The notes: generated by a model not told the origin, from the letters alone. Positions 1-9,464 are shown, counted from the first letter of the stretch. The stretch: DNA of 64,000 nucleotides from an uncultured Bordetella sp. (GCA_964433345.1 CAYSQJ010000005.1:40440-104439); one strand, 5' to 3'. Numbers and translations: made by a program.

Positions 1-852
1 GACCGCCGCTTCATCCAGGTCAACCAGCGTTTCTGCGACATGCTGGGTTACACGCGGGAGGAACTGCTGGGCAGGCCGGCGACAGGATTCACCCATGAGG
101 AGGACAGCAAACGTGCGGCCGGGGAGCGGCAGAAGCTGCTCGCCGGTCTGGCCGACAGCCTGTCCGCCGAAATGCGTTATGTGCGCAAGGACGGCAGCCT
201 GCTGTGGGTCAACCGCACGGTGTCGCTGGTGCGGGATGCCGAAGGACAGCCGCTCTATTTCCTGCGCATCGTCGAGGACATCACCGAGCGCAGGAAGCTC
301 GAGGCAGAATTGCGCGAGCTGGCCGCCACCGACATGCTGACCGGCATTCCCAACCGCCGCGCCTTCATTGCACGGCTGGAGGAGGAGCATGCGCGGATCC
401 GCCGTTTCCCGGAGCAGCAGGCGGCGGTGCTGATGCTCGACCTAGATCATTTCAAGAAGGTCAACGACACCCATGGCCATCCCGCGGGTGACGCGGTTCT
501 GCGCCATGTGGCCGAACTGATCAGCTCGCGCATCCGCGCGGTGGATGCCTGTGGCCGATTGGGTGGCGAGGAGTTTTCGATTCTGCTTACCGGCGCCGCA
601 CTGCCGGCTGCAGCCGAGTTCGCCGACCGGCTGCGCCAGGCAATCGCCGCGTCGCCGACGTTCCACGAAGGCCTGAAACTTACTGTAACAGTGAGCATCG
701 GCATTGCGGCATTGAGCGCGGAGGATGCGGTTGCGGATGCCGCACTACAGCGCGCGGACCGCGCGCTGTACCGTGCCAAGGAGTCGGGGCGCGACCGGAG
801 CGAGGTCGACACCGGTGCGCAGCCGCCCGATCCGGCGGCCATGCCCAACTAG
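1..852 (+). CDS. PAS-GGDEF diguanylate cyclase, 5' end cut by window edge
   Basis: Frame 1 is open from base 1 (DRRFIQVNQRFCDMLGYTREELLG, PAS-like) and is continuous with listed ORF 40..852. GGDEF domain with GGEEF active site and RAVD (RxxD inhibitory site) five residues upstream. Confidence 0.85.
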   Translation, partial: DRRFIQVNQRFCDMLGYTREELLGRPATGFTHEEDSKRAAGERQKLLAGLADSLSAEMRYVRKDGSLLWVNRTVSLVRDAEGQPLYFLRIVEDITERRKLEAELRELAATDMLTGIPNRRAFIARLEEEHARIRRFPEQQAAVLMLDLDHFKKVNDTHGHPAGDAVLRHVAELISSRIRAVDACGRLGGEEFSILLTGAALPAAAEFADRLRQAIAASPTFHEGLKLTVTVSIGIAALSAEDAVADAALQRADRALYRAKESGRDRSEVDTGAQPPDPAAMPN

Positions 853-855
853 CAC

Positions 856-1269
856 CTAGCGGTGGAGTTCTCCGGCACGCTCCGGCTGGTAGGTGAGCGC
901 GCTGACCCGCACCGTTGTCGTGTGGCCTTCCGGTAGCGGCCAGTCCAGCGCGCTGCCCACCGACAGCCCGAGCAGTGCGCTGCCGACCGGGGCCAGCACC
1001 GAAATGCGGCCTTCGCCGCCGGCGTCTTTGGGGTAGACCAGCGTCAGTTCGAATTCCTTGCCGGAGTCCGCAAACGAGAAACGCACCGTGGAGTTCATGG
1101 TGACGACGTCGGGCGGCATCTGCCCGGGTTCGAGCACGGTCGCGCGGCCGAGTTCGTCGAGCAGCGCGGCCTTGCCCGGGAACACCGGATCCGGCGTGGA
1201 TTCGATCAGGTTTTCAAGCCGCTCCAGATCCAGCGAGGAGACGGTAATGGGCGGTTTCTTTGCAGGCAT
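856..1269 (-). CDS. rnk: regulator of nucleoside diphosphate kinase (Rnk, GreA/GreB C-terminal-like)
   Basis: ORF 856..1281. ATG at 1269 preferred to TTG at 1281. Blocks PPDVVTMNS and SVLAPVGSALLGL match E. coli Rnk as I recall it, and the size (~137 aa) fits. Confidence 0.8.
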   Translation of the reverse strand: MPAKKPPITVSSLDLERLENLIESTPDPVFPGKAALLDELGRATVLEPGQMPPDVVTMNSTVRFSFADSGKEFELTLVYPKDAGGEGRISVLAPVGSALLGLSVGSALDWPLPEGHTTTVRVSALTYQPERAGELHR

Positions 1270-1326
1270 GGCAGTTCTCAATTCTATTTACGACGCTTAA
1301 ATAAATGTGGCGGCCGCGGCCGCCAG

Positions 1327-1356
1327 AAAAAAACCGCGGCCCTTGCGGACCGCGGT
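1327..1356 (-). terminator. Rho-independent terminator candidate downstream of 1464..2432
   Basis: Minus-strand reading is ACCGCGGTCC-GCAA-GGGCCGCGG followed by T7 (seen as an A-run at 1327-1333 on the + strand). Confidence 0.55.
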
Positions 1357-1449
1357 GCTTGTGATTCCTTATACCCTGATCGGCGCCGAAAGCCAAGGCT
1401 GCGCGGTTTTTCGGCGCTCGCTCGCTGTCTGCTGGCGGGGTATTTTTAT

Positions 1450-1469
1450 TTAACTAATTGTTTTTATTC
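1450..1469 (+). repeat. AT-rich dispersed core motif, copy 1 (TTAACTAATTGTTTTTATTC)
   Basis: Aligned by eye with 8 other copies. Overlaps the stop codon and last codons of 1464..2432. Confidence 0.7.
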
Positions 1470-2432
1470 TGTTTTTGGCGAGTTGGCGAATTTCAGGGGT
1501 TTTCCGGCGGCGAAGGCCGCGGCGTGGGCGAAGGCTTCGCCGAAGTACGCCTCGTAAGTGCCTTGCTCCAGCCAGGCGCTGTGGTTGGTACACAGCGCAT
1601 TGTCGAGCTTGAGCAGTGGATGATCGCCATGCTGCACCGGCTCGTTTTCATAGACATCCGTCGCCGCCATGCCCGGGCGCCCGGCCTTCAGCGCGGCCAC
1701 CAGCGCACCCGGCTCGATCAGTTCGGCGCGCGCCGTGTTGATCAGCAGGGCCGAGGGCTTCATCCTTTCGAGGTGCGCTGCCTTCACCAGCCCGCGCGTT
1801 TCCTTGGACAGCCTGGCCATGATCACCAGCACGTCAGCCTGCGCGAACAGGTCGTCCTGGCTTGCGGCAACTTCGTAACCCGCCGCTTTTGCCGCATTGA
1901 GGGAATTCTCCCGGCCCCAGACCAGCACGCGCATGCCGAAACTGGCGCCGGTCTGCGCGATCAGTCCGCCGATGGTGCCCAGGCCGAGGATCGCCAGCGT
2001 CTTGCCGCGCAGGCCGATGTTGAAGCGCGAGCGCCAGATGCCCTGGCGCATGCCGTCGCATTCGCGCGCGACATCGCGCCAGCTCGCCATGATCAGCGCC
2101 CAGGTGTGCTCGGCCACCGTGTAGGGCGAGGGGTGGCCGCCCGACAGGATCGCGATGCCGTGGTCATTGCAGGCCTCGACGTCGATGTGGTGGAAGCTGC
2201 GGCCGGTCTGGCTGAACAGTTTCAGCTTCGGCAGCTGCTCGATGATGCCGCGGGTGAAGCGTGTGCGCTCGCGGATCGGCACGATGATGTCGGCCTCGCG
2301 CAGGTTAGCCACCAGCCTGGATTCGGCCGGAGCAACGTCATTGAAAATGCGCACCTCGTGCCCATCGAGCGTCTTCAGGCAGTCGAGGGTGCGGACCAGA
2401 TTGTGGTAGTCGTCAGGGATGGCGATGATCAT
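1464..2432 (-). CDS. D-isomer-specific 2-hydroxyacid dehydrogenase family protein
   Basis: 322-aa ORF with NAD-binding ILGLGTIGG motif and typical C-terminal catalytic-domain blocks (INTARAELI, TNHSAW). Confidence 0.8.
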   Translation of the reverse strand: MIIAIPDDYHNLVRTLDCLKTLDGHEVRIFNDVAPAESRLVANLREADIIVPIRERTRFTRGIIEQLPKLKLFSQTGRSFHHIDVEACNDHGIAILSGGHPSPYTVAEHTWALIMASWRDVARECDGMRQGIWRSRFNIGLRGKTLAILGLGTIGGLIAQTGASFGMRVLVWGRENSLNAAKAAGYEVAASQDDLFAQADVLVIMARLSKETRGLVKAAHLERMKPSALLINTARAELIEPGALVAALKAGRPGMAATDVYENEPVQHGDHPLLKLDNALCTNHSAWLEQGTYEAYFGEAFAHAAAFAAGKPLKFANSPKTE

Positions 2433-2547
2433 GGGCGGCGAGTCTACCGCGGCGCGGTCGTGCCGGCCAGAGGTCGGCGACGGTGCGGATGTGTCACAAT
2501 TGCGGCTTCCGTAAAACCGTTGCAGAAGCGCAGAAAGGATTCACATC

Positions 2548-3321
2548 ATGGAACTCGGATTGAAAGGCAAGGTCGCCGTCGTCACCGGCGGCACCGAAGG
2601 CATCGGCAAGGCCACCGTGCAGCGCCTGGTCGCCGAAGGCGCGAAGGTCGCGTTCTGCGCGCGCCGCGCCGAACTGGTGAAGGCCTTCGCCGACGAGCTG
2701 AAGAAGCAGGGCGGCGACGTGCTCGGGCTGGTGGCCGATGCCGCGAAGGAGGGCGAACTGGAAAAATTCGTCGAGGACGCGGCGAAGCATTTCGGCCGCG
2801 TCGACATCCTCGTCAACAATGCCGGCGGCACCGGACAGGATCCCTTTGCCAAGGTGCTGGATCCGGCCTGGAAACACGATCTCGAGATCAAGGTGATGGC
2901 GCATGTGCGCACTGCGCGCGCCGCGATCCCGCACATGAAAAAGGCCGGCGGCGGCCGCATCATCAACCTCAACATGGTCGGCGCCAAGCAGCCCGGCGCC
3001 GCGATGTTCCCCACTACCGTCAGCCGCGCCGCAGGTCTTGCGCTGGCCAAGGGGCTATCGAAGGAACTCGCGCCTGACAACATCCTGGTCAACGTCGTCG
3101 CCGTGGGCAAGATCAAGTCCATGCAGCAGGCGCGCCGTGCCGCGAAGACCGGCAAGACCGTCGAGCAGCACTACGCCGACACCGGCAAGACCGTACCGAT
3201 GGGCCGTGTCGGCGAGTCCGAGGAAGTCGCCAACGTCATCGCCTTCCTTGCTTCCGATGCCGCGAGCTATGTCACCGGCTGCTGCATCAACGTCGACGGC
3301 GGATTGTCCGGCGTGTTGTGA
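2548..3321 (+). CDS. SDR-family oxidoreductase
   Basis: 257-aa ORF with TGGTEGIGKA cofactor motif, NNAG block and typical SDR length. Divergent from 1464..2432. Confidence 0.85.
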   Translation: MELGLKGKVAVVTGGTEGIGKATVQRLVAEGAKVAFCARRAELVKAFADELKKQGGDVLGLVADAAKEGELEKFVEDAAKHFGRVDILVNNAGGTGQDPFAKVLDPAWKHDLEIKVMAHVRTARAAIPHMKKAGGGRIINLNMVGAKQPGAAMFPTTVSRAAGLALAKGLSKELAPDNILVNVVAVGKIKSMQQARRAAKTGKTVEQHYADTGKTVPMGRVGESEEVANVIAFLASDAASYVTGCCINVDGGLSGVL

Positions 3322-3365
3322 TGTCCGGGGGTGATCTTTCAAGGTCACCCGGGCTTTTCCTTGCC

Positions 3366-3445
3366 GTCATTCCGGCGCAAGCCGGAATCCAGGAAACTGA
3401 AGTGGGCGTGCCCTGGATTCCGGAGCGCTGCGCGTCCGGAATGAC
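3366..3445. repeat. Inverted pair of GTCATTCCGG-N-CCGGAATCC hairpin units (REP / dRS3-like)
   Basis: GTCATTCCGGCGCAAGCCGGAATCCAGG at 3366-3393 and its inverted partner CCTGGATTCCGGAGCGCTGCGCGTCCGGAATGAC at 3412-3445. The same unit recurs at 9570-9647. Confidence 0.75.
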
Positions 3446-3451
3446 GATCCA

Positions 3452-4780
3452 TTGGGTCGTCCGCAGTTGAATTCCCTCACCGCAGCCCGCGATACCCTCG
3501 CCGCCTGGCTGTATTTCGCCGTTGTCGTGCTGGTGATCGCGGCGGTCTGGCTGCCGGCGTATCCCGCCTGGATCACCGGCATCATCGCCTGGGCCGCCTG
3601 CCTGCTGCTGTTGCCGAAGCTGCCGCGCCACCAGTTGAAAATGGTGCTGGTGCTGGCCGGACTCGGTGCGCTGGGCATCGGCTGGAGCATGGCGCATGGC
3701 GGCAGCGGCCTGATCGAAATGGCGCTGACCCAGAACGTGCCGCTGGCCGGCATGCTGATCGCGGTGTCCTTCCTGCAGCTGATCGCGGTCGGCCGCGAGA
3801 AGGCGAACGAGCCGCTGCAGCAGGGTCGCGGCGCGCTGTTCAAGACCATGCTCGGCGTGCACCTCTTCGGCGCGGTGATCAATTTCTCCGCGGTGGCGAT
3901 TTTTGCCGATCGCCTGAGCAGCCGCACCAAGCTGACCATGGAACAGGCGATGGGCCTATCGCAGGCCTTCATCATCGGCGCGGCTTGGTCGCCGTTCTAC
4001 GGCGCGATGGCGGCAGCGCTGACCGCGGCGCCCGGCGCCAGCCTGACCCAGCTGATTGTCTGGGGCCTGCCGGTGGCTGCGGCCGGCATGGTGGTCACCG
4101 GCCTGACGCTGACCTCGGCGAAATACAAGCACGCCCGCGACTTCACCGGTTACCCTCTGCACCTCGAGGCCTTGTGGGTGCCGGCGGTGCTGGCGGTCAG
4201 CGTGCTGGCGATCCACGAATGGCAGCCGCAGTGGTCGGTGCTGGCGGTGATCGCCGCGATGTCTTTCCTCGTGACCGTCGTCACGCTGCTGGTGCTGAGC
4301 GGCCGGCGCACCGGCGACATCCTGCTGCGTCACGGCCGCGCGCGGCTGCCGGCGATGAACGGCGAGCTGACGCTGTTCCTCGCTGCCGGCATCCTATCCG
4401 CCGGCATGAACGGCGCCATCGACGTGCTCGACCTAGGACTGCCGTTCTCGCAGTTCGGCTCACTCGAGGCGAGCCTGGTGCTGGTCGTCATGAACGTCGC
4501 CGCCTGGCTGGGGCTGCATCCGATCATCCTGGTGTCAGTGCTGGGGCCCTGGGTGATGCCTTTGCAACCCGACCAGACGCTGCTGGCAATGGTGTTCCTG
4601 ATGAGTTGGGGCGTCGGCCTCACCGCCTGCCCGATGTCGAACACCATGCTGGCAATGGCCGGGCGTTACGGTTTGCCTTTTGGGGAACTGCTGAAGCTGA
4701 ACCGGGTGTTCAGCATCAAGGTGACGGCGATCTGCATCGCCATCATTCATGTTTATGTGGCGGTGACGGCTAGCGGGTGA
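3452..4780 (+). CDS. polytopic inner-membrane protein, putative permease (family not recognised)
   Basis: 442-aa ORF with TTG start and hydrophobic segments throughout (>10 predicted TM). High GC3 is consistent with coding. The start codon is uncertain. Confidence 0.6.
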   Translation: MGRPQLNSLTAARDTLAAWLYFAVVVLVIAAVWLPAYPAWITGIIAWAACLLLLPKLPRHQLKMVLVLAGLGALGIGWSMAHGGSGLIEMALTQNVPLAGMLIAVSFLQLIAVGREKANEPLQQGRGALFKTMLGVHLFGAVINFSAVAIFADRLSSRTKLTMEQAMGLSQAFIIGAAWSPFYGAMAAALTAAPGASLTQLIVWGLPVAAAGMVVTGLTLTSAKYKHARDFTGYPLHLEALWVPAVLAVSVLAIHEWQPQWSVLAVIAAMSFLVTVVTLLVLSGRRTGDILLRHGRARLPAMNGELTLFLAAGILSAGMNGAIDVLDLGLPFSQFGSLEASLVLVVMNVAAWLGLHPIILVSVLGPWVMPLQPDQTLLAMVFLMSWGVGLTACPMSNTMLAMAGRYGLPFGELLKLNRVFSIKVTAICIAIIHVYVAVTASG

Positions 4781-4813
4781 TGTCACTGGTGGTGCTTATC
4801 CGCCAGTATAATT

Positions 4814-4833
4814 TTAAGTGTTTGTTTTTATTG
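4814..4833 (+). repeat. AT-rich dispersed core motif, copy 2 (TTAAGTGTTTGTTTTTATTG)
   Basis: Lies in the 63-nt gap between convergent genes 3452..4780 and 4844..6001. Shares the 19-mer TTGTTTTTATTGATATTTT with copies 5 and 9. Confidence 0.75.
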
Positions 4834-4843
4834 ATATTTTTAC

Positions 4844-6001
4844 TCAAAGCCGGCTCAGTATTTCCGCCCCCTTCGCCAGCGTCGCCTCCGACTTCGCAAA
4901 ACAGAAGCGCAGCACGCGGTGCGCCGGCGGTTCACGGTAGAACACCGACACCGGAATCGACGCGATGCCTTTTTCCTTGGTTAGCCGAACCGCAAGATCC
5001 GTATCTTTCTCGTCGCTTATCGCGTCGTAAGCCAGGTTCTGGAAGAAGGTGCCGCGCGAGGGCAGGGGTTTGAAGCGCGAGCCTTTTAATCCTTCCAGAA
5101 AAAAATCCCGCTTCTTCTGATAGAACGCCGACAGTTCGAGATAGGCGTCCTTGTTCTTCATGTATTCGGCGAAGGCGTACTGCAGCGGACCATTGGCGAC
5201 GAAGGCGTTGAACTGGTGGACCTTGCGGAATTCGGTCATCAGTTCCTTCGGCGCGGCGACGTAGCCGGTTTTCCAGCCGGTGACGCTGTAGGTCTTGCCG
5301 AAGGAGGACACGACAAAGCTGCGTTCGGCCAGTCCCGGAAAACGCGCGACGCTCTGGTGCCGGTGGCCGTCGAAGACGATGTGTTCATAGACCTCGTCGC
5401 TGATGACGACGATATCCGTGTTGCGCAGCGTGCCTTCGAGCAGGCGCAGGTCCTCGGCCGAGAGCACGGTGGCGGTGGGGTTGTTGGGGGTGTTGATGAT
5501 CAGGAGTTTGGTCTTCGGCGTGATCGCCGCCTGCACCGCCTGCCAGTCGATGCTGTAGTCGGGGTAACGCAGCTGCACATAGACCGGCACGCCGCCGTGG
5601 ACCTCCACCGCCGGCGCGTAGCTGTCGTAGGCGGGTTCGAACAGGATCACTTCGTCGCCGGGGCGGATCAGCGCGGCGCAGGCGGTGTAGATGGCGTAGG
5701 TCGCGCCGGGGACGACGGTGACCTCGTGCTCGACGTCGTAGCTCGTGCCATAGAGGGTCGCGATCTTTTCGGCGATGGCTTCGCGCAGCGCGGGAATGCC
5801 GGCCATCGGTGGATACTGGTTGACGCCGGCGTTGATGTACTTGGTCAGCAGCGCCTTCAGTTCCGGCGCGCAGTCGAAGTCGGGGAAACCCTGGGACAGG
5901 TTGATCGCCTTGTGTTCGGCGGCGAGCCGCGACATCACAGTGAAAATGGTGGTGCCGACGTTGGGGAGTTTGGAGTTCAGGTGTCCGGAGTAGGTGGGCA
6001 T
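4844..6001 (-). CDS. ybdL: methionine aminotransferase (class I/II PLP aminotransferase, YbdL-like)
   Basis: 385 aa. Collinear with E. coli YbdL as I recall it (SKLPNVGTTIFTVMS, AINLSQGFPDF, NQYPPMAG, SFGKTYSVTGWKTGY, LRFCFAK). Confidence 0.85.
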   Translation of the reverse strand: MPTYSGHLNSKLPNVGTTIFTVMSRLAAEHKAINLSQGFPDFDCAPELKALLTKYINAGVNQYPPMAGIPALREAIAEKIATLYGTSYDVEHEVTVVPGATYAIYTACAALIRPGDEVILFEPAYDSYAPAVEVHGGVPVYVQLRYPDYSIDWQAVQAAITPKTKLLIINTPNNPTATVLSAEDLRLLEGTLRNTDIVVISDEVYEHIVFDGHRHQSVARFPGLAERSFVVSSFGKTYSVTGWKTGYVAAPKELMTEFRKVHQFNAFVANGPLQYAFAEYMKNKDAYLELSAFYQKKRDFFLEGLKGSRFKPLPSRGTFFQNLAYDAISDEKDTDLAVRLTKEKGIASIPVSVFYREPPAHRVLRFCFAKSEATLAKGAEILSRL

Positions 6002-6023
6002 CGATCAAGGAAAGCGGGAAAAT

Positions 6024-6926
6024 TCAGCAGGCGGCCATTCTAGCGCAGTCGCTTTTCCCGCCTTGCGCCACTGCCGGACCCTCGCCGGCCAGTGCGATGA
6101 AATCCTCGCTGTAGTTTTGCAGCCGCCGCAACAGGTGGCTGCGCTGTGCCGGTGTCAGCATGCCGTCCACCGCCGCATAAAAGGCGGCGCGTTTTTTCCA
6201 CGAATCTTCGAAAGCCCTGGCCAGTGCCGGTGGCCGGCCCTGTTCCCAGTTCACCAGCCAGTCGCGCAGCCGCGTGCTGAAGGCCGCGCGGTCGCCGTTG
6301 CGGGTTTCCAGCAGCGCGAGGAATTCCTTCTGCCGGCGCAAGCGGTCCTCGTGGCGCAGGCGGTCGATCAATGGCAGTTCGCGCATCAGCTCGGTGATGC
6401 GCTGCTCCTGCTCGGCCGACAGTGTGCCGAACCACTCGGCCAGCTGTTTCAGCGTGCGCCGGTTCTGCGCCTGTCGGCGGTTCTCCGCGGATTCGTTGCT
6501 GCGATGCTCGCGCAGGAACTTGCGGTTGTCCTCTTCGAATTCGCGTTTCAGGTGCTCGACCTGTGCCGGGCTCAGGCCTGCGAGCAGTTCCGCGGCGTCG
6601 GGCGCGGCACGCGCGGCCATCACGCCGTAACGCGACTTGATGCCGTCGATCAGCCACAGGATGTCCTCCGCCTGCAGCCCGCGCTCGGCGCGGGCCCGGG
6701 TTTCAGCGAGGAAGCGCGCATATTCCGGCAGCTGCTCGCGGCGGTGCCAGGCATGCAGGCGTGCGAAGCGCTGTCCGAAGCTGTCGCGCTGCGCCGTGTC
6801 GAGATCGAAATAGCTCTGCGCCCGCCAGCCGGCCAGGGTATCGAGCTGGCCGTAGCCCAGCCGCACCATGCTGCAGCCGGCGAGCAGCGGCAGCAGCAGT
6901 GCGCAGAGCAGCAGGCGGAGGTGCAT
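6024..6926 (-). CDS. hypothetical lipoprotein (possibly DUF6279-like)
   Basis: ORF 6024..6974. The internal ATG at 6926 gives MHLRLLLCALLLPLLAGC with a lipobox. Its start abuts the stop of 6928..7863. Confidence 0.6.
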   Translation of the reverse strand: MHLRLLLCALLLPLLAGCSMVRLGYGQLDTLAGWRAQSYFDLDTAQRDSFGQRFARLHAWHRREQLPEYARFLAETRARAERGLQAEDILWLIDGIKSRYGVMAARAAPDAAELLAGLSPAQVEHLKREFEEDNRKFLREHRSNESAENRRQAQNRRTLKQLAEWFGTLSAEQEQRITELMRELPLIDRLRHEDRLRRQKEFLALLETRNGDRAAFSTRLRDWLVNWEQGRPPALARAFEDSWKKRAAFYAAVDGMLTPAQRSHLLRRLQNYSEDFIALAGEGPAVAQGGKSDCARMAAC

Positions 6927-6927
6927 T

Positions 6928-7863
6928 TCAGAGCGCCGCAAAATGGGCGGCCATTTTCTTGCGCGTCGCTGCATCCGGCAGTCGACCGCGGCAGGCCGCC
7001 ATGTTGTCCTCTATGTGGCGGACCAGCTTGGTGCCGGGAATGGCAGCGGTCACCGCGGGGTGGCCGATGATCCATTTCAGGAAAAACTGTGCCCAGCTTG
7101 CACAGTCGAACTCCGCGCACCAGGGTGGCAGCGGCTTGCCGCGCACGCGGCTGAACATTCCCGCCTGCGAAAAGGGACGGTTGATCAGCACCGCAGTGCC
7201 GGAATCGGCGCAGGCCGGCAGCAGTCTGGCGTCGGCCTCGGGTTCGTCGAGCGAATAGTTGAACTGCACGAAATCGAAATCGCCGGTCCTGACCAGGCGT
7301 TCCAGCTCGCCATGCGAGCCCTCGGTGTAATGGGTGATGCCGAGGTAGCGGATGCGTCCCGCCTTTTTCCATTCGCGCAGCACCGGCAGATGGGTCTTGA
7401 GATCGAGCAGGTTGTGCACCTGCATCAGGTCGATGGTCTTGCCGGCCTGCATCAGTTTGGCCGAAGTCTCCATCTGGCGGATGCCGGCCTCGCGGCCGCT
7501 GGTCCAGACCTTGGTGGCGAGGAACAGCGCGGCGCGGTTTTTCTGCGCTGCCGACAGGGCGCCGACGGCGGCCTCGGCATTGCCGTACATCGGCGAGGAA
7601 TCGACGACCTTGCCTCCGAGTTCGGTGAACCGTTTCATCACTGCCGGCAGTTCGGTTTCGGCCAGCCGCGCCGGCGGCACGTCGAAAACCTGCCAGGTGC
7701 CGATGCCGATGGCGGGCAGGCGTTCCCCGCTGCGCGGGATCGCGCGGGTGATCAGGTCGGCGGGGGCGGCAATGGCCTCAGGCATGGCGGCGAGCAGCGC
7801 GGCGGCGCCGGCGGTTTTCAGCAGCGCACGCCGCCGTGGATTGTCCGGGGTCAGGTGTTTCAT
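6928..7863 (-). CDS. aldo/keto reductase with twin-arginine (Tat) signal
   Basis: 311 aa. N-terminus NPRRRALLKTAGAAALLAAMPEAIAAP fits the Tat motif. AKR core blocks present (IGIGTW, DSSPMYGNAE, YLGITHY). Paralogue of 9730..10692. Confidence 0.8.
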   Translation of the reverse strand: MKHLTPDNPRRRALLKTAGAAALLAAMPEAIAAPADLITRAIPRSGERLPAIGIGTWQVFDVPPARLAETELPAVMKRFTELGGKVVDSSPMYGNAEAAVGALSAAQKNRAALFLATKVWTSGREAGIRQMETSAKLMQAGKTIDLMQVHNLLDLKTHLPVLREWKKAGRIRYLGITHYTEGSHGELERLVRTGDFDFVQFNYSLDEPEADARLLPACADSGTAVLINRPFSQAGMFSRVRGKPLPPWCAEFDCASWAQFFLKWIIGHPAVTAAIPGTKLVRHIEDNMAACRGRLPDAATRKKMAAHFAAL

Positions 7864-7883
7864 GATGTGGCCTCATGGTGTGC

Positions 7884-8201
7884 TCAGTGTGTCGTGGCGC
7901 TCTCGCGCAGCCTGTAACCGCGTTCCTGCATGCAGGAACGAAGCAGGTCCTGTTCGGCAAGGAAACGCTGGCTGTCCTGACGCGGCGGCTGCACCGCGAT
8001 CACGCGGCCCTGCGCATCGACGGCCACCTGCGGCGGCGGCGGGTTGTCGAAGCGCCGGGCTTCGGCCTGCGCCTTCGCGAGACAGGATGCAAGGTCGCGG
8101 TCGCGTATTTCGGCCGTTGCGCCGTCCTTGTGCCATTCCAGCGTCGCGCAGCCGGAGATCAGCAGGGCCGCGGCAACTGTCCAGGTGCGGGAGCGCAACA
8201 T
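7884..8201 (-). CDS. small hypothetical lipoprotein
   Basis: ORF 7884..8504. The internal ATG at 8201 gives MLRSRTWTVAAALLISGCATLEW (signal plus lipobox). The upstream part of the ORF looks like non-coding read-through. Confidence 0.55.
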   Translation of the reverse strand: MLRSRTWTVAAALLISGCATLEWHKDGATAEIRDRDLASCLAKAQAEARRFDNPPPPQVAVDAQGRVIAVQPPRQDSQRFLAEQDLLRSCMQERGYRLRESATTH

Positions 8202-8319
8202 ATTGCTGTTAGAGTAGCATCGGCCGGGCGGGTTCAGTGCGGTTCCGCATCGCGGTCGCGCATCACGGCCGGTTTCGTCGAAGACAACTCTCCAAATCAG
8301 CAGAGGAACAGGGCAGACC

Positions 8320-9336
8320 ATGAGGATACTGGTATACGGCGCCGGCGCAATCGGCGGATTCCTGGGCGCGCGGCTGACGCATGCCGGCGAGGACGTGACG
8401 CTGGTGGCGCGCGGTGCGCAGTACGAGGCGCTGGCGAATCGTGGCGTGATCCTGGAAGGGCCGCGCAGCGGGCTGCCCGATCCGGTCAAGGTGCGCGTGT
8501 GCAAGCCGGGAGAGGAAAAAGGTCCCTACGATGTGGTGTTCGTGACCCTGAAGTCGCAGCAGATTGCGGCGGCGGCGCAGCACCTGCGCGGCCTCGTGGC
8601 GAAGGATGGCGTGTTCGTGTTTCCGCAGAACGGCATTCCCTGGTGGTACTTCCAGGGCGTGGATTCGAAATTCAAGGGTGCGCAGATCAGGGCGGTGGAC
8701 CCGGACGGCACGCTGTCTCGGGTTTTCCCGCAGGAGATGATCATCGGCGGCACCTCGATCAAGCCTGCCGACCTGGTCGAGCCCGGCCGCATCCGCCTCT
8801 CCGACGCCGAGACCGACGCACTGGTGATCGGAGAGATCGACAACCGCGTGACGCCGCGGGTGCAGGCCATCGCCGACATGGCGACCCGTGCCGGCTGGAC
8901 GGGGCGTGTGTCAAATGATGTGCGCAGGGTGAAATGGAACAAGCTGCTGTCGAATGCAGTGTGGAATCCGCTGAGCGCAATTACCCAGTCCACCGCGCGC
9001 GAAGCCGCGGAATTCCCCGGCACGCGGCCGCTGGCCGTGGCGCTGATGCGCGAAGTGATTGCCGTCGCAGCAGCCGTGGGCACGAAACTGGATGCCGACG
9101 CCGAGGCACTGGTCGACGGTGCCGCGAAGCGCGTATCGCTGCCGACCTCGACGCTGCAGGACGTGCGCGCCGGGCGTCCGCTGGAGATGGACGCCATCGT
9201 CAATGCGGTGCTCGAACTCGCGCAGATGACCGGCGTTGCGACGCCATCGCTGGACGTGGTCGCGGCCTGCGTCAACCTGCTCAACAAGCGGATTTGTGAT
9301 GACCGCGTGGCGGTGCGGCCGGTGAAGTTGTTGTGA
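8320..9336 (+). CDS. 2-dehydropantoate 2-reductase family (PanE/ApbA-like) oxidoreductase
   Basis: 338 aa. N-terminal MRILVYGAGAIGGFLGARL Rossmann motif and a typical ApbA C-terminal domain (STLQDVRAGRPLE). Confidence 0.8.
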   Translation: MRILVYGAGAIGGFLGARLTHAGEDVTLVARGAQYEALANRGVILEGPRSGLPDPVKVRVCKPGEEKGPYDVVFVTLKSQQIAAAAQHLRGLVAKDGVFVFPQNGIPWWYFQGVDSKFKGAQIRAVDPDGTLSRVFPQEMIIGGTSIKPADLVEPGRIRLSDAETDALVIGEIDNRVTPRVQAIADMATRAGWTGRVSNDVRRVKWNKLLSNAVWNPLSAITQSTAREAAEFPGTRPLAVALMREVIAVAAAVGTKLDADAEALVDGAAKRVSLPTSTLQDVRAGRPLEMDAIVNAVLELAQMTGVATPSLDVVAACVNLLNKRICDDRVAVRPVKLL

Positions 9337-9365
9337 GGTGTGAGGAGTAAGGTGTAAGGCGTAAG
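9333..9365 (+). repeat. Tandem heptamer array GTGAGGT-GTGAGGA-GTAAGGT-GTAAGGC-GTAAG
   Basis: Five consecutive GTRAGGN words starting at the stop codon of 8320..9336. Confidence 0.7.
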
Positions 9366-9369
9366 TTTT

Positions 9370-9464
9370 GTAGCCCGGATGAAGCGAAGCGCAATCCGGG
9401 AATAAGGGTCGAGCCGGCTTTGTTGTTCCCCCGGATTACGGCCTGCGGCCTGCATCCGGGCTAC
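9370..9464. repeat. REP-type inverted pair (GTAGCCCGGATG...ATCCGGG / CCCGGAT...CATCCGGGCTAC)
   Basis: GTAGCCCGGATGAAGCGAAGCGCAATCCGGGAA at 9370-9402 and inverted CCCCGGATTACGGCCTGCGGCCTGCATCCGGGCTAC at 9428-9464. Classic REP-like architecture between convergent genes. Confidence 0.75.

Noticed and set aside
1458-3077. 539-aa plus-strand ORF spanning 1458..3077, and similar long ORFs at 5216..6043, 5994..7070, 10746..12218, 12125..13270, 12889..14112 and 17739..19166
   Set aside because: They run antisense to or out of frame with genes that have clear family motifs. Their products are Arg/Ala/Gly/Pro-rich and featureless, which is typical of stop-codon-poor alternative frames in GC-rich DNA.
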